From a virus (lineage: Duplodnaviria > Caudoviricetes): DNA of 29,984 nucleotides. The position numbers and the translations under genes were made by a program. This document shows, piece after piece, positions 18,803 to 25,731 of the stretch (position 1 is its first letter; every line of letters begins with the position of its first letter). The notes under the pieces are model-generated. The model searched no databases. It saw nothing but the letters and a program-made list of their open reading frames with translations, and was not told where the DNA came from. The stretch spans positions 1 to 29,984 of the IMG/VR virus record IMGVR_UViG_3300025534_000029; one strand, given 5' to 3'.

Positions 18803-19668
18803 TGGTGAAAATCAAAAAACAACTGGTCTCAAGCCGTAAGAATACCTATGACGGCATAAATGGACGTAAATATATAACCATTCATGAAACAGACAATACG
18901 AATAAGGGCGCAAATGCTCAAGCACATGCAAACTTGCAGTCGAGAGGAAATTCAAGATCAGCTTCTTGGCATTGGACAGTTGATGACAAAGAAGCCATAC
19001 AATCTTTTCCGCATACGGTGCGCTGTTGGGCTGCTGGAGACGGGAAAGGCGACGGAAACTATAACTCTATTCATATTGAAATATGTGTCAACAGTGATGG
19101 TGATTTTAATAAAGCTGTTGAAAATGCGGCAGAACTAACAAGAATGATTATGGAACAAGAAAATATTCCACTATCGAATGTGGTTCAGCACAACCATTGG
19201 AGTGGAAAAAACTGCCCGCGCAATTTGAGATCTGGTTCAAAAGGTATTACGTGGAATGATTTTTTAAATATGGTTGTTGGGAAAAAGGTTGATACACCGA
19301 AAAAAGAAGTTAAGCCTGCACAAACAAAAAATAAAGCGAATCTCGTAGTTGACGGAAAATGGGGAAGTGAAACGACAAAGGCGCTACAAAAAGCGTTAGG
19401 AACAGTAGTAGACGGAGTTATTAGCAGCCAACCAAGGAACCACGTTACAGAAGCTATTTACAACGGAATTACGTTTGGAGACAAAGGCAGCATGGTAATT
19501 CGAGCGTTGCAGAAAAAAATTGGCGCTAAGGTTGACGGGAAATTGGGTCCGGAGACAGTGCGAAAATTACAAAAATATCTCGGTACGCCGGTTGATGGGA
19601 AAATCAGCAGACCAGAATCTTTGATGGTGAAAGAATTACAGAGAAGATTGAATGAAGGTACATTTTAA
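18799..19668 (+). CDS. Endolysin: N-acetylmuramoyl-L-alanine amidase (Amidase_2) with peptidoglycan-binding repeats
   Basis: ITIHET, SWHWTVDD, IHIEIC, QHNHWSGKNCP; VDGKWG.ET.KALQ repeats. Confidence 0.96.
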   Translation: MMVKIKKQLVSSRKNTYDGINGRKYITIHETDNTNKGANAQAHANLQSRGNSRSASWHWTVDDKEAIQSFPHTVRCWAAGDGKGDGNYNSIHIEICVNSDGDFNKAVENAAELTRMIMEQENIPLSNVVQHNHWSGKNCPRNLRSGSKGITWNDFLNMVVGKKVDTPKKEVKPAQTKNKANLVVDGKWGSETTKALQKALGTVVDGVISSQPRNHVTEAIYNGITFGDKGSMVIRALQKKIGAKVDGKLGPETVRKLQKYLGTPVDGKISRPESLMVKELQRRLNEGTF

Positions 19669-19673
19669 TGCAT

Positions 19674-19706
19674 AAAAAAAGCACGGTCATCAAGCCGTGC
19701 TTTTTT
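19674..19706. terminator. Bidirectional terminator between convergent genes
   Basis: AAAAAAAGCACGG-N8-CCGTGCTTTTTT. Confidence 0.88.
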
Positions 19707-20295
19707 GTTTTTTGGCCAACTCCAGCACCTCTTGTGCTGAAATCGGCTCTGTAACAAATGTTTCATGATTGACACACTGACATATGCCCAATCCGAGCGA
19801 TTCGGAAGAGGCACATGCTAATGTGTTTCTGTAAAACCCTCCTTCTATGCTTCCGTCAATATAATCGGAAGCAATTTCTCTTCCAAATTGATTTTCTATT
19901 TCTTGAATCACGAGATAATTCAAGTTTTCTAACAATTTTCTTTCTTCTTCTGTGATGGAAGAAAGAAATTTTTTTGTTTTGTTTAATTCCTCCTTCCATT
20001 CTTTCATTTTATAATATTCATCTCCGTCTATGACCTGGAACGGCTCTTTGATGTAATCGTGCTGTATATAGAACCGTTCCTCCTTTCCGAGGTTAATTTC
20101 ATTACCAGTAAGTTTCTCGTTGAAATAATGCTCAACGAAAACCGGAACTGGTAATGCATTTAAATCTGTTTCTGTTTCTAAAACAATTAGGTCATAGTAT
20201 ACATGGCCTCTCTCTACATAGTAGAGATTTTTGTAATTTTTTTCTTCAAATTTTTTAAACCATTTTCTGTTTTTAACCATTCGACTTTGATTCAT
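19690..20295 (-). CDS. Hypothetical protein, 201 aa
   Basis: Strong RBS AAGGAGG; no family recognised. Confidence 0.8.
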   Translation of the reverse strand: MNQSRMVKNRKWFKKFEEKNYKNLYYVERGHVYYDLIVLETETDLNALPVPVFVEHYFNEKLTGNEINLGKEERFYIQHDYIKEPFQVIDGDEYYKMKEWKEELNKTKKFLSSITEEERKLLENLNYLVIQEIENQFGREIASDYIDGSIEGGFYRNTLACASSESLGLGICQCVNHETFVTEPISAQEVLELAKKQKSTA

Positions 20296-20318
20296 TTTAA
20301 TTCCTCCTTGAGTTTTTT

Positions 20319-20374
20319 ATTAATCCTTCCATCGCACCGCCGACCATAGGTCAGCGATACTAGCAAGGATTAAT
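20319..20374 (-). other. Long intergenic RNA stem-loop with internal loop
   Basis: 10-bp outer stem ATTAATCCTT/AAGGATTAAT; 12-bp inner stem with three G-U pairs that form only on the minus strand. Confidence 0.65.
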
Positions 20375-20618
20375 CTTGCGGTCTCCCCAGCTCTTCCCAG
20401 AGCTGGAGAACGCCTTCGTAATCATCCTCGATGGCCGGGAAGTTTCCCGGGTCTCGGTCAATTTCGCTGACTGCATCCGGATTGTACCAGATATAGTCAG
20501 CCTTCTTATTTTTAAAGTCGATGGTGACTAAGCATACATCACCATCTTTGACTTTTTCGAGGCGATCAGCGTCCGCCTCGAAATATTTTTTTGCCGGAAC
20601 AATAAATTGTACTTCATT
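20370..20618 (-). pseudogene. Start-less 82-codon reading frame (gene remnant or read-through extension)
   Basis: In frame directly after the TAA of the 70-aa gene: NEVQFIVPAKKYFEADADRLEKV...GVLQLWEELGRPQD*. Confidence 0.55.
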
Positions 20619-20831
20619 TTAGGGAATCACAATGGTATTCCCCATTCCGTCCTCCCATCCGTCAACCTCTTCCCCGGCATCTAGAGCAGAAATAATTCTG
20701 TTCATATCTTCGATGTCTGCTGGAGTGATACTAGCGATCACTTCTCCATCTTTCACGATCTCAAATTCATGCAGATCATAATCAAATTCTACTTCCCGCA
20801 CTTCATATCCTTTTCTTTCCCATTTTCTCAT
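20619..20831 (-). CDS. Small acidic hypothetical protein, 70 aa
   Basis: RBS AAGGAGG, own sigmaA promoter, D/E-rich. Confidence 0.85.
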   Translation of the reverse strand: MRKWERKGYEVREVEFDYDLHEFEIVKDGEVIASITPADIEDMNRIISALDAGEEVDGWEDGMGNTIVIP

Positions 20832-20877
20832 TTGTGATTCCTCCTTGTTTTTTGTTCCTCATCAACCTTACATCTTC

Positions 20878-20906
20878 ATTATACAATTATATAATTATAT
20901 GGTCAA
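20878..20906 (-). promoter_or_regulatory. SigmaA promoter with palindromic operator
   Basis: TTGACC-17-TATAAT; ATACAATTATATAATTATAT at 20881-20900. Confidence 0.85.
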
Positions 20907-21112
20907 CTATTTTTTATAAAACTTTTTAGTCTTTCTAAATCTTCTTTCCAAAACAACTGTACTTTCCCTTTTCCAGTACCATACTCTTTGCAAGGGGTTA
21001 TCCGACCTTCTCTGATGTGATGCTGGAAAGCTACATTGGATAGACCAACATATCTTTCAGCTTCCCTCCTGGTCATGATTTGCTGCAAAAATTCTTCTTT
21101 AGTCATTTTCAT
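20903..21112 (-). CDS. Small MerR/excisionase-like helix-turn-helix protein
   Basis: IMTRREAERYVGLS...HIREGRITP...LFWKEDLE pattern. Confidence 0.8.
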   Translation of the reverse strand: MKMTKEEFLQQIMTRREAERYVGLSNVAFQHHIREGRITPCKEYGTGKGKVQLFWKEDLERLKSFIKNS

Positions 21113-21584
21113 CTTGCTTGTCCTCCAGAATTGGATTGAAATATTTTTCTTCTGCTTCTTTTCTAGCTTTTATAGCATCATCTTTATTATCAAAATATCC
21201 TAAAGTAATCTGTTTACCCTTAAACCCGATGTATGCCCGCCATTTTTGGCGACTCTCCATCCAACTTACGCCTTTATGACCACTTTTATTATGTTTGTGT
21301 AGTTTAGCTTTTAACGCTGTTTTTCTTGTCCCATCCAAACGATCTTGATTTATATGACGTTTAACCCCAGCATCTCTTTTACTAACTCGTTTACAACCGC
21401 AACTCTTGTAATGACCTGCCCGTAGCGACGCCCCTGTTACAAAAATTGTGTTCCCACAAGCGCACCGGCACTCCCAAAGTAACGTATTATTTTGGCCGCG
21501 TTTCTCGCTTAATTTAACGACAGATAAATCACCAAACCGTTTACCCGTTAAATCAATACGTCTTGAGTCTACACGTTTAACCAT
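21099..21584 (-). CDS. AP2-domain DNA-binding protein with Cys-rich N-terminus; no HNH domain seen
   Basis: DLTGKRFG..WECRCACG..SCGC; NKSGHKGVSW..KWRAYI..LGYF..AIKARKEAE. Confidence 0.88.
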   Translation of the reverse strand: MVKRVDSRRIDLTGKRFGDLSVVKLSEKRGQNNTLLWECRCACGNTIFVTGASLRAGHYKSCGCKRVSKRDAGVKRHINQDRLDGTRKTALKAKLHKHNKSGHKGVSWMESRQKWRAYIGFKGKQITLGYFDNKDDAIKARKEAEEKYFNPILEDKQDEND

Positions 21585-21593
21585 ATTATCACC

Positions 21594-21953
21594 TTAAACA
21601 CATACGCTTTTTGGGGCCCAAAATTCATTTTTAACCTCTATTTTTCCGTTTTCAAAAGTTGCGATCGCTTCAATTAAGTAAGCTTTTTCAGTTTCCTTTT
21701 TAATTTTGTAAATTGACTCATGTTGGATTTGGTGCACAAGGCTTGGATGTTCGAATGTTTTCTTGATAAACCAAGGAGCAATACCGGCAATGCGTCCACC
21801 TTTTTTATCGCGGATTTGTTTGTACATTTTCCACGCCAATTTCAATGCTTCTGCAAAATATTCTTTAGGTCTTCCTCCGAATCTTTTAACACCATTTCGA
21901 GCAATTTTCCAAGCGTTGTTCATAACCGATCTCTTGGTTAATTTCATTTCCAT
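21594..21953 (-). CDS. Hypothetical phage protein, 119 aa
   Basis: RBS GAGGAGG; VMNNAWKIAR...YFAEALKLAW N-terminus; ETEKAYL...WAPKS C-terminus. Confidence 0.85.
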   Translation of the reverse strand: MEMKLTKRSVMNNAWKIARNGVKRFGGRPKEYFAEALKLAWKMYKQIRDKKGGRIAGIAPWFIKKTFEHPSLVHQIQHESIYKIKKETEKAYLIEAIATFENGKIEVKNEFWAPKSVCV

Positions 21954-21976
21954 TACCTCCTCTTGTTTGTACTTTA

Positions 21977-22005
21977 ATTATATAATTATAAAATTGTATA
22001 GTCAA
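21977..22005 (-). promoter_or_regulatory. SigmaA promoter with palindromic operator
   Basis: TTGACT-17-TATAAT; ATATAATTATAAAATTGTAT at 21980-21999. Confidence 0.85.
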
Positions 22006-22030
22006 CACCTTTTTTAAAATTTTTTTGCAT

Positions 22031-22066
22031 AAAAAATCCCACTATCTTTAAACGATAGAGGGATTT
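22031..22066 (-). terminator. Terminator after the PemK-like gene
   Basis: Minus strand AAATCCCTCTATC...GATAGTGGGATTTTTT. Confidence 0.75.
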
Positions 22067-22532
22067 ATACATCTTCATTCAATTTATTTATATATTCTTT
22101 TAAAACTTCATTTACTGTATGTTCAATTTGTTTTGATATATATTCTTTTAGTGTGTCTTGCATTTGCAAAATTTCAATTAATTTTAAGTGTAATGAAACT
22201 TTATCAGTAGCATTTAAATGATCTATTTTGTTATTAGTGTTTAGTTTATTTCGAGAAAATGTCATTATTTGATCAAGTTTTGCGTATGAATCATTGATTA
22301 AATTAGGATAATCTGCTTTATATAATGGAAGATGAAAAGATTTTAGATTTTTTTTATTCCCTTTTTTGTCATATAATGAAGTAATTGGGCATAGGATTAC
22401 AGTTTTATTTGGAGTCTCATTATCGTGTAGTATTAAGGCTGGATGCTCACCTTTTATAGTATATTGAGGTTGTGTCTTTTCTTTTGGAAAATAGAACCAA
22501 ACTATATCTCCTTGTTGGAACTCTCTAGACAA
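22065..22532 (-). CDS. PemK/MazF-family endoribonuclease toxin-like protein
   Basis: QGDIVW..FP, KGEHPALIL, VILCPITS, DSYAKLDQIMTF. Confidence 0.85.
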   Translation of the reverse strand: MSREFQQGDIVWFYFPKEKTQPQYTIKGEHPALILHDNETPNKTVILCPITSLYDKKGNKKNLKSFHLPLYKADYPNLINDSYAKLDQIMTFSRNKLNTNNKIDHLNATDKVSLHLKLIEILQMQDTLKEYISKQIEHTVNEVLKEYINKLNEDV

Positions 22533-22555
22533 CTATTAGTCACCTGCCAATTTCT

Positions 22556-22867
22556 TCACTCACCTTGCTCATCTTGATATTTTTCTAAAAAATCATCATC
22601 GTCATAGTCAGGTTTTTGCATTTGTTTTAACTTATGTTTTTGTCTGATTTTTGAATTTTCAATCATTTCCTGAAAACTATATCCATTTTCATCTTTGAAT
22701 CTTTGTAAAGCGATTTCTAGTGGGGAAAGTTCTTTTCTTTCTTTGGGCGTTTTGTTACGAATCAACTCCTTTACCGTTAACATATCATTTTTCTCCTTTC
22801 CATTTTGTGCATTGCCTGTTTTCTGCTTACATTCTTGATTGTTGTCCTTATTGTTGTTCTTTTTCAT
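22556..22867 (-). CDS. Charged low-complexity protein, putative antitoxin
   Basis: Directly upstream of toxin; acidic C-tail DYDDDDFLEKY; RBS GGGGTGA. Confidence 0.6.
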   Translation of the reverse strand: MKKNNNKDNNQECKQKTGNAQNGKEKNDMLTVKELIRNKTPKERKELSPLEIALQRFKDENGYSFQEMIENSKIRQKHKLKQMQKPDYDDDDFLEKYQDEQGE

Positions 22868-23065
22868 GATCTCACCCCATACTATTTATATTCAACAGTA
22901 TGGGGAACTTTTGTATTTTTTATTATATCAAATTGACTTTTTGAAAAATAAACCCTAATTTTGGCGTAATATTGCGTTTTTAAAAGTAAAAATCGGGAAA
23001 AAGCTTGTCAAGCAAAAAATTTCGTATTTGAGAATTTTTTTGCATTATTTGCATAAAAAATCCCC

Positions 23066-23254
23066 TCACTCGAGTGGATAGGAAAACAGATGTATGTCTG
23101 GAACATCGGTGAGCCAGCACATACCTTTTAAATTCGGTAGATACTCTCTATTCTTTTCAAAACATGAAATATGATAGAAGACATTGTTTTGATCGAAATA
23201 AAGCACTTGAAATTTCTCAAACGCTTCTCTACATATGGGGCAGCGCTTATTCAT
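23066..23254 (-). CDS. Small putative zinc-binding protein
   Basis: CPIC...YHISC; RBS GAGGTGA. Confidence 0.7.
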   Translation of the reverse strand: MNKRCPICREAFEKFQVLYFDQNNVFYHISCFEKNREYLPNLKGMCWLTDVPDIHLFSYPLE

Positions 23255-23409
23255 GTGATCACCTCTGTTTTTGCCAATATTTTAAAATAGAAGTGATGAA
23301 TTTGAAAAATCACGATAATTGAATTATCTGAGCTAGATCATGCAGAAAAATTTAATTTTCTATAGAAGAAAATGAAATTATTTGTGAAGAAAAATAAAAA
23401 ATCCCCCTT

Positions 23410-23661
23410 TTAAAAATTAGGAGGATATTTTTTCATATTCGCCGGTCTTCTATAATCCCATTTACCTTCATTTATATCCTTTTCAATTGTTTTAATATAT
23501 TTCTTTAGTTCAACGGGCATCTCATCACTTTCCAGCTCATCCATTGTAAAAGTAATCATTTGAGCGCCTGCAAAGTCCATCACCTGAACGTGTCTTTTGG
23601 TGCCTTTGAAATATGTAAGCATAATGTGATATCTACCTTGATATTGACCATATCTGCCCAT
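23410..23661 (-). CDS. Hypothetical protein, 83 aa
   Basis: RBS GGGTGA; directly follows the WYL-like gene. Confidence 0.75.
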   Translation of the reverse strand: MGRYGQYQGRYHIMLTYFKGTKRHVQVMDFAGAQMITFTMDELESDEMPVELKKYIKTIEKDINEGKWDYRRPANMKKYPPNF

Positions 23662-23666
23662 TCATT

Positions 23667-23882
23667 TCACCCTACTTTTCGTTTCTTTATTGGACCAATT
23701 GAAAGGATGTTCGATCGCTTAAACGTTCGAAAAGTTTTTCGAAAATGACAGTAAGCACGAATGTATTTATCATTAAAGTCTTTAACCGTAATGAATCTTT
23801 CTGTTATTACCCCTTGATCGTTCATGTAGATCATCCTTAAAGCAAAACCGCACTTTTTGGCATTCAGCAGCAAACCGTTCAT
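23667..23882 (-). CDS. Small stand-alone WYL/YolD-like domain protein
   Basis: MIYM...G.ITERFI.V......IRAYCHFRKTFRTFKRSNILS; RBS GAGGTG supports ATG 23882. Confidence 0.75.
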   Translation of the reverse strand: MNGLLLNAKKCGFALRMIYMNDQGVITERFITVKDFNDKYIRAYCHFRKTFRTFKRSNILSIGPIKKRKVG

Positions 23883-23901
23883 GAATTTCACCTCGAAAAA
23901 A

Positions 23902-23944
23902 GAACATTTGTTCTTATTATAACCGAATATACGTTCTGTGTTAA
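23902..23944 (-). promoter_or_regulatory. SigmaA promoter with two LexA/DinR (SOS) boxes
   Basis: GAAC-ATTT-GTTC 23902-23913; GAAT-ATAC-GTTC 23925-23936; TTAACA-17-TATAAT. Confidence 0.85.
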
Positions 23945-23973
23945 TAATTAAAATTAGGAATTAGAAATGAAAT

Positions 23974-23999
23974 ATGGACAAACAATATTTTCATATCCT
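23974..23999 (+). promoter_or_regulatory. Putative mother-cell promoter: SpoIIID-type box and sigmaE/sigmaK-type -10
   Basis: ATGGACAAAC fits WWRRACARNY; CATATCCT fits CATAnnnT. Confidence 0.6.
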
Positions 24000-24022
24000 C
24001 CTATAGGGAGGATTGATATTTC

Positions 24023-24193
24023 ATGAAAATTATCGTTATTAGAGGAAAGAATATTTCTAAAAACATACAAAATTGCTATGATTATATATTGAAAATGTAC
24101 GGAGGGGGATGCAGTAATAATGATTGCAATCTATGCAAGAGTGAGTACCGAAGAACAAGCGTTAAAAGGGAGCAGCATAGAAAGTCAGATTGA
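24023..24193 (+). CDS. Unannotated 56-aa ORF overlapping integrase start, putative recombination directionality factor (Skr-like)
   Basis: RBS GGGAGG 24006-24011; MKIIVIRGKNISKNIQNCYDYILKMYGGG... Confidence 0.6.
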   Translation: MKIIVIRGKNISKNIQNCYDYILKMYGGGCSNNDCNLCKSEYRRTSVKREQHRKSD

Positions 24194-25607
24194 GGCATGC
24201 ATCAATAAAGCAGGGACAACCGATGTTCTGCGATATATAGATGATGGATATTCAGGAGAATTGTTGGAACGTCCTGGATTGAACAAGCTTCGTGAAGATG
24301 TTGAAAAAGGATTAATCGATAAAGTCATTTGTTATGATCCTGATCGATTATCAAGAAAACTCATGAATCAATTGCTTATTGATGATGAATTTCGGAAAAA
24401 AGGAGTAGAATTGGTATTTGTAAACGGAGAATACGCAAATACTCCTGAAGGACAGCTTTTCTTTTCTATGAGGGGAGCAATAGCTGAATTTGAAAAAGCA
24501 AAAATTAAAGAACGGACAATGGGAGGGAGGAGACAAAAAGCTAAAAAAGGTATCATCATTAAAAATAGTGGATTATACGGATATACATATAATAAGGAAA
24601 AAAGAACATATGAAATCAATGAAGATGAAGCAAAAATTGTACGAATGATTTTTGACTATTACACAGAACAAAGATTCCATGGAATTAATAGTCTTGCAAA
24701 ACATCTGACCAAAATCGGTGTTCCAACCAAAAATGGAGCCAAAGAATGGCATAGACAAGTCGTTAGACAAATCTTAATGAATGAATCATATACGGGTAGA
24801 TATTATCAAAACAAATGGAATACTGAAGGGGCATATGTGAGAAAGCAAGCCGGAAAAGTCGGAGGAATGCATTTGCGAGAAAAAGATGAATGGATAGAAA
24901 CGAAAATACCGGCTATTATATCAGAAGAGCAATTTGCAAGAGCGCAGGAATTGCTAAAATACGCAAGGAGAAGAACCGAAAGTTATGGTCGTCATCAATA
25001 TCTTTTGTCAGGTTTGGTCCGTTGTGGTCGATGTGGAGCGACGATGAACGGAAAAAAGACGGTCAGAAGAGGAAAAGCAAAATATGATTATGTTTGTAGA
25101 AAAAATTATGCAGGGGCAAAAAACAAAGGCTGCGGAAGACAAATGAGTGAACAAAAGCTTGATCATATTGTTTGGAATCAGGTTTTAGAATGGCTAAATG
25201 ATCCTGAAGAATTAAGCAAATATAAACCGAGCGACAATAAACAATATATATATGAAGAAATAAAACAAATAGAAACAGAGATTGAGAAAACAAGAAAAGG
25301 CCGAAAACGGCTTTTGAAGCTTGCAAGCCTTGATGAGGAACTAGAACTTGAAGAGATCAAAGAACAATTGAGAGAACTCCAAGAGAAAGAAAAAACACTA
25401 ACGGAACAGTATAGCGAATTGCAGAGGGAATTGGAAGAACAAAAGAGCAACAATAACAATAATGAAATACTTTTAAAAGAGGCTCTTGAATACTTTCTTA
25501 AAAACAAAGACGATATAACTTTTGATAAAAAGCAACATATAATAAGAAAGTTAATTAAAGAAATTGTAGTTGTGGATGCTGAAACAGTTTATATTTACAC
25601 GTACTAG
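24120..25607 (+). CDS. spoIVCA: Large serine recombinase, SpoIVCA/CisA (skin recombinase) homolog
   Basis: YARVST catalytic motif, YDPDRLSRKLMNQL, WHRQVVRQILMN, zinc ribbon LLSGLVRCGRCG...CRKNY.GAK..GC; matches my recollection of CisA along its length. Confidence 0.93.
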   Translation: MIAIYARVSTEEQALKGSSIESQIEACINKAGTTDVLRYIDDGYSGELLERPGLNKLREDVEKGLIDKVICYDPDRLSRKLMNQLLIDDEFRKKGVELVFVNGEYANTPEGQLFFSMRGAIAEFEKAKIKERTMGGRRQKAKKGIIIKNSGLYGYTYNKEKRTYEINEDEAKIVRMIFDYYTEQRFHGINSLAKHLTKIGVPTKNGAKEWHRQVVRQILMNESYTGRYYQNKWNTEGAYVRKQAGKVGGMHLREKDEWIETKIPAIISEEQFARAQELLKYARRRTESYGRHQYLLSGLVRCGRCGATMNGKKTVRRGKAKYDYVCRKNYAGAKNKGCGRQMSEQKLDHIVWNQVLEWLNDPEELSKYKPSDNKQYIYEEIKQIETEIEKTRKGRKRLLKLASLDEELELEEIKEQLRELQEKEKTLTEQYSELQRELEEQKSNNNNNEILLKEALEYFLKNKDDITFDKKQHIIRKLIKEIVVVDAETVYIYTY

Positions 25608-25630
25608 GTCGCCGTATGGGGCGACCTTTT
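25606..25630 (+). terminator. Terminator after integrase
   Basis: AGGTCGCC-N6-GGCGACCT-TTT. Confidence 0.75.
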
Positions 25631-25662
25631 GACATCAAAATTTCGTTTTTGATATCAAAAGG
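25625..25662. other. attP site (predicted target sigK)
   Basis: CCTTTTGACATCAAAA-TTTCGT-TTTTGATATCAAAAGG, 16-bp arms with one mismatch; minus strand reads AAC GAA ATT TTG ATG. Confidence 0.8.
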
Positions 25663-25705
25663 GTACGTCATGGAGTTATTTAGGAACGAATGTTTGGTTT
25701 GGCAA

Positions 25706-25730
25706 TAAAAAGAAAAGCCCAAAAGGGCTA
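25706..25730 (-). terminator. Terminator of leftward immunity operon
   Basis: Minus strand AGCCC-TTTT-GGGCT then TTTCTTTTT. Confidence 0.7.
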
Positions 25731-25731
25731 T

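Larger units (their letters stand above)
22024..23064. repeat. 17-bp direct repeat TTTGCATAAAAAATCCC at 22024-22040 and 23048-23064
   Basis: Two identical copies flanking the two-gene PemK cassette. Confidence 0.75.

Noticed and set aside
2196-19138. Many 60-150 aa antisense or alternate-frame ORFs in the track (e.g. 5832-6293, 8486-8899, 14463-14879)
   Set aside because: Shadows of well-supported structural genes, without RBS or recognisable motifs
20619-20624. Second CCC-TAA as a +1 frameshift site (minus strand)
   Set aside because: The +1 frame adds only about 30 residues with no recognisable domain; the zero frame is the protein-like one
20903-21112. Excisionase for the integrase
   Set aside because: Xis-type HTH proteins serve tyrosine integrases; the context fits a local repressor better
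21099-21584. HNH-AP2 homing endonuclease
   Set aside because: No HNH motif between the Cys-rich region and the AP2 domain
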